The notes under the pieces are model-generated. The model made no database searches. It was not told the DNA's origin and was given only the letters and a program-made list of their open reading frames with translations. A stretch of DNA of 64,000 nucleotides. Origin: an uncultured delta proteobacterium. Lineage in GTDB: Bacteria > Desulfobacterota > Syntrophobacteria > BM002. Each line of letters begins with the position of its first letter. Position 1 is the first letter of the stretch. Both the position numbers and the translations under genes were made by a program. The stretch covers positions 32,001 through 96,000 of the forward strand of contig CAVQGX010000002.1 of the NCBI GenBank assembly GCA_963712115.1, given 5' to 3'. Positions 47,590 to 57,378 of the stretch are shown here, piece by piece.

Positions 47590-47805
47590 TTTGGCCCACC
47601 CCACATGATTAAGAGTTGATCTTTGGTCGAACCCCAAACTTTGCAATAACTATGCTTAACCCGGATGTTTCATAAATCACTTGCTGAGACCGACTATGGA
47701 TTTGCCATTCAGCTCTGACCTGGCCCCATCGAAGATCTCGCTATGCGGGAAGGGCCAAGTTTCCGGGACTGTAATCGAAGCTCTAGATAGGCCGATTTTA
47801 TTGTC

Positions 47806-48414
47806 CTAGCTTGACCTAACAAAAGAAATGATTCTTTTGCCCGTGCATTCAGCCACGTCAGCCAGCCCGTCCACTGAAAGATGGCTCGCGGCGTCAGCAG
47901 CAAACAAACAGGTTACTGCGGCGGGGAATTCTTCGTCTGGAAGATAAAAAATATAGTAGAGGGGAATACGAGGCAGTGGATATAGAGTGAAGGAGAAATC
48001 ACCACTGGCCGCATCGGTGTTGACTTTACCTGAAAAGTACTCGGCAATGGCCTGTTTTTGACGCTGAATTGACAGTACATGGGGGACCAGAACTTGCTCG
48101 GAACGTGCGACAAAAGCACCTTGATAGGGCCCGCTGTTAGGCAACTCCTTAAAAGATTGAAGGGGATGAATTTTGGCTGGTTCATCGCGTACGTTACGGG
48201 CATAAAGGGAGATGAGAATACCCTCCGGCCCGGTAGCTGGCTTGCCCCCTAAACTTATTGCATCCTGACAAAGCTTGCAGGTCTCCCCAAAAGCCTGGAA
48301 ATAAAAGCAATCTTCCTCCATCCTTGCAGGCAAGGCCTGCTCTAGGATTTCCTTGCCCCGAAGCCAGGCTTCTTTAAGGTGTTCCATTTGAATCAGGAGG
48401 TATTGGTCGTTCAT
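47806..48414 (-). CDS. DUF3786-like protein
   Basis: FKELPNSGPY..F, GD..F..LPRIP and DEEFPA..LF motifs; ATG 48414 after AGGAG. Confidence 0.8.
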   Translation of the reverse strand: MNDQYLLIQMEHLKEAWLRGKEILEQALPARMEEDCFYFQAFGETCKLCQDAISLGGKPATGPEGILISLYARNVRDEPAKIHPLQSFKELPNSGPYQGAFVARSEQVLVPHVLSIQRQKQAIAEYFSGKVNTDAASGDFSFTLYPLPRIPLYYIFYLPDEEFPAAVTCLFAADAASHLSVDGLADVAECTGKRIISFVRSS

Positions 48415-48567
48415 GTGGTCTACTCCTGCTAGGCACAAGGCACAAGTTTCACGTTGGAGGTTAGAGGTTAGAGGTGTAAGGCAACAAGTATTATAAGGAA
48501 AGAACATCTTTTGCCTCCAACCTAAAGCGAAGCGCTCCTCCGACCTCCAACCCTATGCGCTCTGCGA

Positions 48568-49062
48568 TTAGAAACGCACATAGACAAACCTGGCAAAGTA
48601 CCCGATTATTATCGGAAAAATAAAGCTACAGATGAGCCGGGTAAAAGTGATTTTAAACCCCAGCAGGGGGATCTCAAAAGCTATAACCCGGTTTACACCA
48701 ATTAAAGCCCAGGCTGAGAGATAGGCGATTAAAGGTCCAATGTGCGCTCCTGCCTTATACATGGCCGCTACAATAGGAAACTGGATAAAAGGACCACCAG
48801 GAGCGACAGCTCCCAAACATGTTCCAATGAGAATTCCCTTGAAGCCGCTCTCTGCTCCCACCCATCGGATGAGAAGTTCTTTAGGCAGGAGAACCTCCAT
48901 CAGCCCGGCCACGAAAAAGGCCAAGATTAGGACCGGCAAGAGCCTCAATAGCAGCCCACCGCCTGCTCTAATAGCCTGCACAGGGAGCTGAGGGCTTTTG
49001 TGATAGGCTATGGCACCCAAGATTACAGACAGGGCCAGCATTACGAAAAAGGCTGCTTTCAT
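48568..49062 (-). CDS. Small permease (DUF318/ArsP-like)
   Basis: Hydrophobic, with W-G-ESG-KGI and PGGP motifs. Confidence 0.8.
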   Translation of the reverse strand: MKAAFFVMLALSVILGAIAYHKSPQLPVQAIRAGGGLLLRLLPVLILAFFVAGLMEVLLPKELLIRWVGAESGFKGILIGTCLGAVAPGGPFIQFPIVAAMYKAGAHIGPLIAYLSAWALIGVNRVIAFEIPLLGFKITFTRLICSFIFPIIIGYFARFVYVRF

Positions 49063-49215
49063 GCTATTTCTCCGTTTCAACAAAGAGGGAATGGCAAAGA
49101 AACTCGTTCAGTTTCACAGTAATGTACCGCAAAGGGAATCATTGTTGTCAAATGATTTTTTGTTGTATAGCTGCTATATTGGCAGGAACTGCTATGGAAT
49201 GAGGCGGATAGGATC

Positions 49216-50220
49216 GTGGGTAGTCGTTTTGCTCTCCTGAGTTTGGCCTTGATCGTTGTTTGCTTCGGCATCTCTTGTGACCAGGAAAAGTCGAAAAGTG
49301 GGGGAAAAGGGATGGAAATAAGTGATGTTGAGAAAACTGTGGAGAGACTTCGAGAACATGTAAAGCACCTTACGGTCACTATTGGCGAACGGTCCGTAGG
49401 GGTGCCAGAAAATCTAGAGAAAACTGCCACTTACATAGAGTCGTTCTATCGGGATCTTGAGCTTCCCTCTCAAAGGGAGTCATACACATATAATAATTTC
49501 ACCGTGGCCAGTATTGTGGCCAGCATCGACCTTGGCTTGAATCCTACCAAGCACTACCTCCTGGGGGCCCACTATGACTCGGTCTGGGGCACAGTGGGCG
49601 CAGACGATAATGCCAGCGCTATTGCTGTCCAGTTGGAGACTGCAAGGGAGCTGAAGTCTTTGCTTGGGGGTAAGGAGTTAGGGGTAGGAGTGAAGTTTGT
49701 CTCCTTTCCCTTGGAAGAGCCTCCGGCTTTTGGCACTCGCCATATGGCGAGTAAAATCTATGCCAAGAAGGCCAAGAAAGAAAATGAGCAGATAGACGGT
49801 ATGCTCTGCCTGGAGATGGTAGGCTACACCTGTCACCAGGAAGGTTGCCAGGACTATCCATTTCCCTTGATGTTCATGGACTATCCCAAGGAGGGAAACT
49901 TTATCGGCATTGTAGGCAACCTGAAGTCAACAGGTCTCACCAACTCTCTCTACAGGGCTTTTCAGAAAAATCGGGATCTGCCGGTGGTCAAGTTGACCGT
50001 GCCTTTTGGTGGTTGGTTACTCCCTTCGGTGCGATTGAGTGACCATGCCCCTTTCTGGGACCAAGGTTACAAAGCGGTGATGATTACTGATTCGGCCTTC
50101 TATCGCAATCCCCACTACCATCTGCCCTCAGACACTATGGAAAAACTGGACTACAAGTTCATGGCCGAGCTGGTGAAGAGTCTGGTTATGTTTTTCGTTG
50201 AGGTAGGCAGTAGGCGATAA
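49216..50220 (+). CDS. M28-family metallopeptidase, possibly a lipoprotein
   Basis: GAHYDS, GADDNASA, LEEPP, LEMVG, SDH and HYH motifs; N-terminal hydrophobic signal ending GISC. Confidence 0.92.
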   Translation: MGSRFALLSLALIVVCFGISCDQEKSKSGGKGMEISDVEKTVERLREHVKHLTVTIGERSVGVPENLEKTATYIESFYRDLELPSQRESYTYNNFTVASIVASIDLGLNPTKHYLLGAHYDSVWGTVGADDNASAIAVQLETARELKSLLGGKELGVGVKFVSFPLEEPPAFGTRHMASKIYAKKAKKENEQIDGMLCLEMVGYTCHQEGCQDYPFPLMFMDYPKEGNFIGIVGNLKSTGLTNSLYRAFQKNRDLPVVKLTVPFGGWLLPSVRLSDHAPFWDQGYKAVMITDSAFYRNPHYHLPSDTMEKLDYKFMAELVKSLVMFFVEVGSRR

Positions 50221-50436
50221 ACTGCTAAGGGCAATGGTTCACCAGTCAGAGTCCAGTAACATTGTGGCATAAGGCATAAGGCGCAAGGCGCAAGGAATGA
50301 AGTTCATCGTAATATTGCCTTAGGCCGTGAGCCCTACGCCTCTCCTCAATCCGAAACCATCTCCTCTCTTTCCCTCGTCTCGCTCGACCTCACGTCTCGC
50401 CCGTCTCGCCGCATACGCTATGCTCCATGCCCTATC

Positions 50437-50928
50437 CTATGCCTTGAAAATCAGGGTGCAGCACTCATATCCTTCACAGATTTGATCTCCGAGTTCAAAC
50501 TTGATGTCATCTCCAAATTCAGCAGCCCAAACCTGATATTCAGTAGTGCAGATGCGAGTTCCCACTGGCCCGGAAAGATGCTCTCTCCCTGATTTGATCA
50601 TAATGGTATGCCAGGGACATTCGTTTAGAGTTATTTTAAATGATTTCATATCATCGCTTTGCTCGGCCTCGAAGGCAAAGCCGTCAAGAGTGAGCTTGGT
50701 GGTGAGACATTGTCGAAGTCCATCCAGACCGTCTGTTGAGCTACCCATGGATTTCAACTTGCGAGCCTGAATTTTTGGCATGACCTTCCAGACCTCGTCA
50801 TCGATGTCGAGGGCAGTATCAAAACCGTATATTTCTTCAACCTTCACGAACCAGAGCCCGTCTACCGCGGTGTAACTGCGCTTGAAGTATTCGGCAATTT
50901 GTTTATCTGTGAGTTTGAGCATCATCAT
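50437..50928 (-). CDS. DUF6125-like protein (V4R/ATC-hydrolase-like)
   Basis: AVDGLWF..VE..G.D.A..D..VW, CPW, IC and CC motifs. Confidence 0.75.
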   Translation of the reverse strand: MMMLKLTDKQIAEYFKRSYTAVDGLWFVKVEEIYGFDTALDIDDEVWKVMPKIQARKLKSMGSSTDGLDGLRQCLTTKLTLDGFAFEAEQSDDMKSFKITLNECPWHTIMIKSGREHLSGPVGTRICTTEYQVWAAEFGDDIKFELGDQICEGYECCTLIFKA

Positions 50929-51000
50929 GTCTCCTCCTCCACTTTACCCTGTTAAATCCCAGCTATGCGGTGTTCGCGGAGGCAAAATGTAACAGGTTAA

Positions 51001-51220
51001 TTCCCCTCACCCAGAGGCTTACACTCAATTCGTCATCCCGGCCAAGTCTAGTAGAGCTGGACGCGAGCCGGGATCCAGACAACGTCCCCGCGAAGGCGGG
51101 GAACCAGGCACCAAATGACGTCATTGCAGTTATCTGAATTCCGGATCTCGCCCCGAGAAGCGGAGCTCGTCCGGAATGACGGCTTCGGCGAATTACTAAA
51201 CAGTCTCCTAGGAGAGGGGG
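51001..51220. repeat. Nested palindromic repeat containing a CGTC-type REP doublet
   Basis: CGTCATCCCGGC..GCCGGGATCCAG ... TTCCGGA..TCCGGAATGACG at 51031-51181, inside IS-like ends. Confidence 0.7.
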
Positions 51221-51223
51221 ATT

Positions 51224-51721
51224 TCAGGGTTCATCTGACCAACTTTCTTCAACAAGAACAACCGAGGTTTCGATTTGCCGGTCAGGAATTGACCAGTATT
51301 TCTTGAGCAGACGGTCCTTCTCCTCTGGATTGACCAGGCGGAATTTATGTTTCTCGTAAAAACGGATGGCCCAAGTGGCATCTGCCCAGGTACCGAGAAG
51401 AATTGGCCGCGAAGTCAAGGTGCGAAGATGGGACAGGAGTTTTCCGCCAATTCCTTTGTTCTGCTCGGCCGTGCGCACATAGGCGTGTCTTATGAGGGTT
51501 ACGTCCAGTACATCTTGGATACCCATGACGCCTAGCAACTCACCGTCTTCTTCATAGCCCCAGAATCTGACGTGAGCATCGATCTCGTGCCTGAGTTCTT
51601 TTCTGGGCATATAAGGCTCATTCCAGCGATCAGCAGGTATAATCCCCCTGTAAACCTGAGCAGCCTCGTTTATGATTTCATAGATCGTCTCGAAGTCATT
51701 CTCTTCACACCGCCGAATCAT
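51224..51721 (-). CDS. GNAT family N-acetyltransferase
   Basis: AYVR-QNKGIGGKLL motif A; AIRFYEK motif. Confidence 0.93.
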   Translation of the reverse strand: MIRRCEENDFETIYEIINEAAQVYRGIIPADRWNEPYMPRKELRHEIDAHVRFWGYEEDGELLGVMGIQDVLDVTLIRHAYVRTAEQNKGIGGKLLSHLRTLTSRPILLGTWADATWAIRFYEKHKFRLVNPEEKDRLLKKYWSIPDRQIETSVVLVEESWSDEP

Positions 51722-51746
51722 TTTGTTTTTCCTCCGGAAGGATACT

Positions 51747-51761
51747 TGGCACTATTATTGC
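51747..51761 (+). promoter_or_regulatory. Sigma54 (-24/-12) promoter
   Basis: TGGCAC-TATTA-TTGC is an exact consensus match, about 155 bp upstream of the FHA gene. Confidence 0.65.
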
Positions 51762-51915
51762 GAATGACATGCTGGTAAGGCAAGAATAAATCACCTACAT
51801 CAGGGTAAAGAGAGCAAATGAGACCCGGACCATTTCTCTCCAGAGATTACCCTGCTGTTCTTCTCTGAAGGAATTGGAGCAGGGTAGGGCCGGATAGAAT
51901 TTTGAGGGTAGACCG

Positions 51916-52747
51916 ATGAAAAGACATTACCTGGTATTTGAGACAGGAGCGCTCGAGAAAACAATCTACCCATTACTGGAAACCACAACCATTGGCCGCG
52001 ACTCGAGCAATTTGATCCCCTTGGCGGATCCCACTGCCTCGCGCAATCATGCCAAAGTGCACTACCATGAAGGGTCCTGGGTGGTTGAGGATTTAGGAAG
52101 CACCAACGGTATCATCTTCAATGGCGAGCGGGTAGAAAAAATTTCTCTCAGTTCAGGAGACTCATTCCAGATAGGGAAAACTTCTTTCACTGTGGTTGAG
52201 AGGGAAATCGGTGAGTCAGAGGATCCTCTGCAAACAACCCTGGAGTTTTTCTCTCCAGCCAGCTTAGCTGGAACGGACCGGAGGTCTGTACGACTCATGG
52301 ATGTCATCTCCAAGATTCCCTTCTTTGTCCCCCTCCAGGAGACAGAACGGGAGGAGTTGGCGGAGGACGCCACCATGCATGTATTCAGTGCTGGAGAGAT
52401 GATCATCCGGGAGGGAGATACAGGACGTTCAGTCTATATCATTCTGGATGGCCGGGTAAAGGTGTTTCACCAGAGATGACGGTGGAAATGAGTTACCACT
52501 TGCAACCTTGGGGGTGGGTCAGTTTTTTGGCGAAATGTCACTGGTGAGCGGTAAACCCCGTTCAAGTTCGGTAACGGCCCTCGAGCTGAGTGTACTGGTT
52601 GAACTCAGCTATGCTAGTATGGCAAAGGTTATAGACCAAAATCTGGCCGTGAAGGAAGTTCTGGAGGAATATCACAAGGTCCGCAAACAGGACACGCTGG
52701 ATAAACTTGCCAAGATGGGATTGACCAAATCTGAGCTACTTCCTTAA
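51916..52747 (+). CDS. FHA-domain plus cyclic-nucleotide-binding protein, split by a +1 frameshift near 52465
   Basis: FHA motifs IGR, SRNHA and DLGSTNG; cNMP motifs IIREGD, FFGEM and PRSSSV. Removing one T from GTGTTTCAC joins the two ORFs. Confidence 0.87.
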
Positions 52748-52993
52748 TTTCGGATTGCGGATTTGGGATTTCGGATTTAACAAGGCATAGGGCATAGCAC
52801 TAAGCTGTCATTTGGCCACTAGATGTGGCCGTCATTACGCTACGCTGTCATTCATGGTCATTTGTTGTAACAACCTAATGACGGCCGTAAGGCCTAATGA
52901 CGGCGCAGCCGAATGACGCGGAGCAAATGACCTTTCAGTGCCTAGTGCTTAGTCCCTAGTGCCTAGTAAAACCTGTCCTCTGACCTCTGTCAT

Positions 52994-53845
52994 CTATTCG
53001 TACTCATAGAACCCCTTTCCTACCTTGCGTCCCAGCCAGCCGGCTTCCACATATTGACGGAGTAAGGGGCAGGGTCGGTACTTGGAATCAGAAAAGCCGT
53101 TGTAAAGAGTTTCCATAATAGCTAAGCAGGTGTCCAAGCCAATTAGATCCGCTAAAGCCAGGGGACCCATAGGGTGGTTCATTCCCAGTTTCATCACTGT
53201 GTCAATGTCGTCTCGGCTACCCACTCCGTGGTAGAGGCAAAAGATGGCCTCGTTGATCATCGGCATGAGGATTCGGTTGGCGATGAAGGCCGGGTAATCA
53301 CTGGCCTTTATAGGAGTCTTGCCAAATCTAACGGCCAAATCCCAGGTGGTTTTGAAAGTTTTTTCCGAGGTGACCAGACCTGGAATGACTTCCACCAGTT
53401 GCATCAGGGGCACGGGATTCATGAAATGCATCCCAATGACTTTGTCGGGACGTTTGGTCTGGGCCGCAATGCGGCCAATGGGAATAGAAGAAGTATTGGT
53501 GGCAAGGATGACCTCAGGCCTGCAGATTTCATCAAGATCACAGAAAATTCTAAATTTTAACTGTTCATTCTCGGTGGCAGCCTCGATGACAAAGTCGCAT
53601 GCTGACAATTCTGCTTTCTCCACAGTAGTTTTTATGCGGCCTATAATAGTTTCCTTTTCCTCGCCACTCATTCTGCCTTTTTCTACATTGCGGCTCAAAA
53701 TCTTTATAATGTTTTTCAAGCCGCCCTGGACAAACTCTTCTTTGATGTCGCTCATGATTACCTGCAGGCCGCTCATGGCCGCAACCTGAGCAATGCCATT
53801 TCCCATCTGACCAGCACCGACTACTCCCAGAGTCTTAACCTCCAT
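52994..53845 (-). CDS. hbd: 3-hydroxybutyryl-CoA dehydrogenase
   Basis: GAGQMG, NTSS, GMHFMNP and HPMGPL-LADLIGLD motifs. Confidence 0.96.
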   Translation of the reverse strand: MEVKTLGVVGAGQMGNGIAQVAAMSGLQVIMSDIKEEFVQGGLKNIIKILSRNVEKGRMSGEEKETIIGRIKTTVEKAELSACDFVIEAATENEQLKFRIFCDLDEICRPEVILATNTSSIPIGRIAAQTKRPDKVIGMHFMNPVPLMQLVEVIPGLVTSEKTFKTTWDLAVRFGKTPIKASDYPAFIANRILMPMINEAIFCLYHGVGSRDDIDTVMKLGMNHPMGPLALADLIGLDTCLAIMETLYNGFSDSKYRPCPLLRQYVEAGWLGRKVGKGFYEYE

Positions 53846-53902
53846 GGTGATTTCTCCTACCGTGGTTGTTTCAAAATACTCTTGATCCTAAGCAATGGTC
53901 TC

Positions 53903-54061
53903 AAATTCGAAATCCTAATATCTAAATCCTAAACAATTCTCAAATTACCAAAATCCGAATGACCAAAACGTGACTTTTGGTCATCTGATTAATTTGTTTG
54001 AAAAATTGGTAAATTTGGATTTAGGATTTGTTTAGAATTTCGTGCTTCGGATTTCGGATTT
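53903..54061. repeat. (AAATCCG)-type inverted repeat element, second copy
   Basis: Homologous to 43842-44001; lies between thiolase and hbd. Confidence 0.8.
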
Positions 54062-55238
54062 CTAACGCTTTACAACCATCGCCACAGCCTCACCACCGCC
54101 GAGGCAGAGCGATGCTAATCCAGTCTTCTTGTCTTGTCTGATCATTTCGTGCAGCAAAGTTACTAAAACGCGACAACCGCTGGCACCGATTGGATGTCCG
54201 AGGGCAACACTGCCTCCGTTAACATTCACCTTGGCCGGATCCAGTTGCAATTCACGCAAAACACCCACAGTGGAGCCGCTGAAGGCTTCATTGATTTCGA
54301 AAAGATCCACGTCTTCCTGGGCGATACCCTCTTTGGCTAAGCACTTGGGGACCCCTAGGATGGGCGCTACCAGTAAGTATTTAGCATCAATACCCGCTGA
54401 GGCTTGGGCGCCGATTGTGGCCATGATTTGGCAGCCCATTGCTTCTGCCTTCTCTCTTGACATAACTACCACCGCGGCTGCCCCGTCGCTAATAATGGAG
54501 GAGTTACCTGGAGTGGTGACTCCCCCTTCTTTGAAAACCGGTTTTAAACGGGCAAGACTCTCGTAGGACGACTCCCTGGGGCATTCGTCCCGGTCAAACA
54601 GGAGGGGGTCTCCCTTTTTTTGAGGTATTGAGACGGGCATAATTTCTTGTTTAAACTTGCCTGCCTCAATTGCCAACAGCGCCCGCCGATAGGATTCAGC
54701 TGCATAACGATCCTGATCCTCTCGGGTGACATTATATTTCTCGGAACAGAGCTCATTGGATATACCCATGTGGAAATCATTGACGAGGTCCCAAAGTCCA
54801 TCGTGTATCATGTGGTCATGTAAGGTCGCATTACCAAGTCGGTAGCCGAATCGCGCCTTTTTCCAGGTAGTAGGGCGCTTGACTCATACTCTCCATGCCG
54901 CCGGCAACGGCAACATCGGCATCACCCAACTGGATGGCTTGAGCTGCCAGCATTACAGCCTTCAAACCGGAACCACACACCTTGTTGATGGTGAGGCACT
55001 CTGCTTCCCAGGGTAGACCGGCCTGAATTGCCGCCTGTCTTGCCGGATTCTGGCCGTAACCACAGGGAAGCACTATCCCCATGTTAACCTCGTTTACATC
55101 TTCTTTGGCGATTCCAGCCCGTCTTATTGCCTCCTCAATGACGAGTGCACCCAGCTGGGTAGCACCAAATGTACTCAGAGTACCATCGAAATTGCCTATG
55201 GGAGTGCGCACAGCGCTAACGATGACCGCTTCTCTCAT
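54062..55238 (-). CDS. Acetyl-CoA C-acetyltransferase (thiolase), split by a +1 frameshift at 54858-54862
   Basis: [26 protein letters not shown] and CLGGG motifs. Removing one A restores [24 protein letters not shown]. Confidence 0.93.
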
Positions 55239-55413
55239 ACTGGTCTCTCCTCCTAATGCTTCGCTTCAATAAGCTTTGCTGTCATTCATTGTAATCAAAT
55301 CATTAGGCTACTATCTAGCAACAATGACTTACTATAAATGACGGGCGATCAGCCCACTTGTCCTAATGACAACGTAGTGTAATGACAGTATGGCGTTTTG
55401 CGCCATACGTCCG

Positions 55414-55468
55414 CTGAACGAGCGCTCAGTCAGATAGAATTGATAACACGCCATCCGGGTAGTGTCAA
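55414..55468 (-). promoter_or_regulatory. Sigma70 promoter with the same 20-bp operator as upstream of tetR
   Basis: Minus-strand TTGACA at 55468-55463 and operator at 55433-55414. Confidence 0.8.
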
Positions 55469-55620
55469 GATTTTTGCCTAACTGAAACAATAAAGCAAAG
55501 AAAAATGTCGCATTTCCTCAATTCCCCAATTACCAAATATATTTTATAGTTGGATATTACAAAGTATATTAGCTCTGGTATTCTTCCAGAAAAAGTGAAT
55601 CATAAAAGGAGTCTCTAAGA

Positions 55621-57129
55621 ATGAAGTACAGGACTAAGATCTTCTTGTTTACCCTGATTTTCTTCCAGCTAAACTCTATTAGCTACGGCGGGCAAGGAAA
55701 CTCACCCATTGACACGCAGGTAGTGCGGATCCTTGCTACTAAAAAGGAGGCCTACTATCACAAGCCTTGGAAGAGTCCCAACTTCGAAACTGTCGCGGCC
55801 AGCGGTTTCTTTTTCAAAGATAAGAAAGATTTTCCAGGGATGAAAGGGTTGATCCTGACAAACGCGCACGTGGTGGCCATGGCTCAAAGTATCAAAATAT
55901 CCAATGGTCGGGAGAAACGGCGCTACGAGGTTAAGCTCTTAGGCATATGCAACTCTGCCGATTTTGCTGTCCTCCAGATGGAACCCCAAGAACTGGAGGC
56001 ATACGAAACCCGCAACGGCAAGGTAGTTCCGCTGCAACTCGGTGACAGTGATGAACTGCGTGTGGGAGATAAGGTCTTGGGCTGGGGTTATCCCCTTGGT
56101 GGAGAGAGGATTAGTAAATCAGAAGAAGGCGAAATAAGCAGGATCGAGGTGAACCGATATACCTACTCCCAGGAATATTGGCTCATGGTCCAGGCCTCAC
56201 TTCAGCAGAACCGGGGAAACTCAGGCGGTCCGGTTCTCAAAAACGGAAAAGTGGTTGGAATTGCCTTCCAGGGAGTAAGTGCCAGTGATCGAATCAATTA
56301 CTTCATCCCAATTAATTTGGTTAAACACCTAATGGGATTGCTCCAGAACGAAGAACTAATTCCACGCTGGCAATACGAGGCCCAGCCCATGTTTCCCCGA
56401 CTAAAAGATTACTACCAGCTAGAGGCCAGCCAAGGGGGCGTGCTTCTAAATTATGTCATTCCGGACGGAGGTCCCCACAAATTTGGACTTCGCAACAATG
56501 ACATCCTTTTAGAAATAGATGGGCATGAGATAGACAACTTCGGCGATATCTTCTTTGAGCCCCTGGGACAGAAAATCTACTTTGAAGAGATACTCAATCG
56601 CAAGAGAGTAGGTGACCCCCTGAAGGTCAAGGTGATCAGGGAGGGGAAAGTTCTGGAGATCAAAGGTAAAGTGACTAAGGGACTGCCAAAACTGGTATCC
56701 AAAATCTTCACCAGGGCCAATTACTTCGTCACCGGTGGCATTGGCTTTGTCGAACTAACGTACAACTGTATCAAGAATCTCGGTAGGTCAGGTCGCTCAT
56801 ATGAAGAAAAATACCTCGAGGAGTTCCCTCAGAAGCCATATCAGAAGGTAGTCATTATTTCTGAGATATTTCCTGAATATGGGTTGGTGGAGACCTCAGC
56901 TTATTTAAGGCGGGTGGAGAAGATCAACGATGTGGAGGTGCTGAACATAGGGCACCTGTACGATACTATTCAGGATCTGAAGAAGAAGGGAGAGAAAAAG
57001 GTTTTGTTGAAGCTTTCCGGGAATATTCAGCTGCCTTTGGACCTTGAAAAGGCAGACGAATTGGATCGAGAGATCAAGGAAAAATACGGTATCTTGTATA
57101 TGAAAACTGCAGGTGGGTTTTTAAAGTAA
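55621..57129 (+). CDS. Secreted Deg/HtrA-type trypsin-like serine protease with PDZ domains
   Basis: Signal peptide; catalytic triad LTNAHVV / ADFAVL / GNSGGP; PDZ-like GLRNNDILLEIDG. Confidence 0.92.
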   Translation: MKYRTKIFLFTLIFFQLNSISYGGQGNSPIDTQVVRILATKKEAYYHKPWKSPNFETVAASGFFFKDKKDFPGMKGLILTNAHVVAMAQSIKISNGREKRRYEVKLLGICNSADFAVLQMEPQELEAYETRNGKVVPLQLGDSDELRVGDKVLGWGYPLGGERISKSEEGEISRIEVNRYTYSQEYWLMVQASLQQNRGNSGGPVLKNGKVVGIAFQGVSASDRINYFIPINLVKHLMGLLQNEELIPRWQYEAQPMFPRLKDYYQLEASQGGVLLNYVIPDGGPHKFGLRNNDILLEIDGHEIDNFGDIFFEPLGQKIYFEEILNRKRVGDPLKVKVIREGKVLEIKGKVTKGLPKLVSKIFTRANYFVTGGIGFVELTYNCIKNLGRSGRSYEEKYLEEFPQKPYQKVVIISEIFPEYGLVETSAYLRRVEKINDVEVLNIGHLYDTIQDLKKKGEKKVLLKLSGNIQLPLDLEKADELDREIKEKYGILYMKTAGGFLK

Positions 57130-57161
57130 TCCTTCCAGTCAGTCGGAGATACGAAAGCTGG

Positions 57162-57345
57162 TAGCCCGGATATTTCATGAATTGCTGTCGCGAGACCGCG
57201 AAGATGGGCTTGCCACCTGGCAACCGCAGGGTGTTGGTTCCGAGGCGTACCTGAAAGGTACGTCGCAGGGGCCGACACTTGAGGACGCCAGGAAGGAAGG
57301 TCATATTCGTGGTCGCAGTAGGCAATTCATGAAATATCCGGGCTA
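57162..57345. mobile_element. 184-bp MITE-like element, copy B (opposite orientation to copy A)
   Basis: Terminal inverted repeat TAGCCCGGATATTTCATGAAT; colinear with the reverse complement of 41220-41403. Confidence 0.85.
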
Positions 57346-57378
57346 GGGAAAAAGGAAGGGGCTAGCCTTTTCGGCTAG

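Noticed and set aside
52470-52479. Selenocysteine read-through of the TGA ending ORF 51916-52479
   Set aside because: The cNMP domain continues in a different frame, so this is a frameshift rather than an in-frame UGA.
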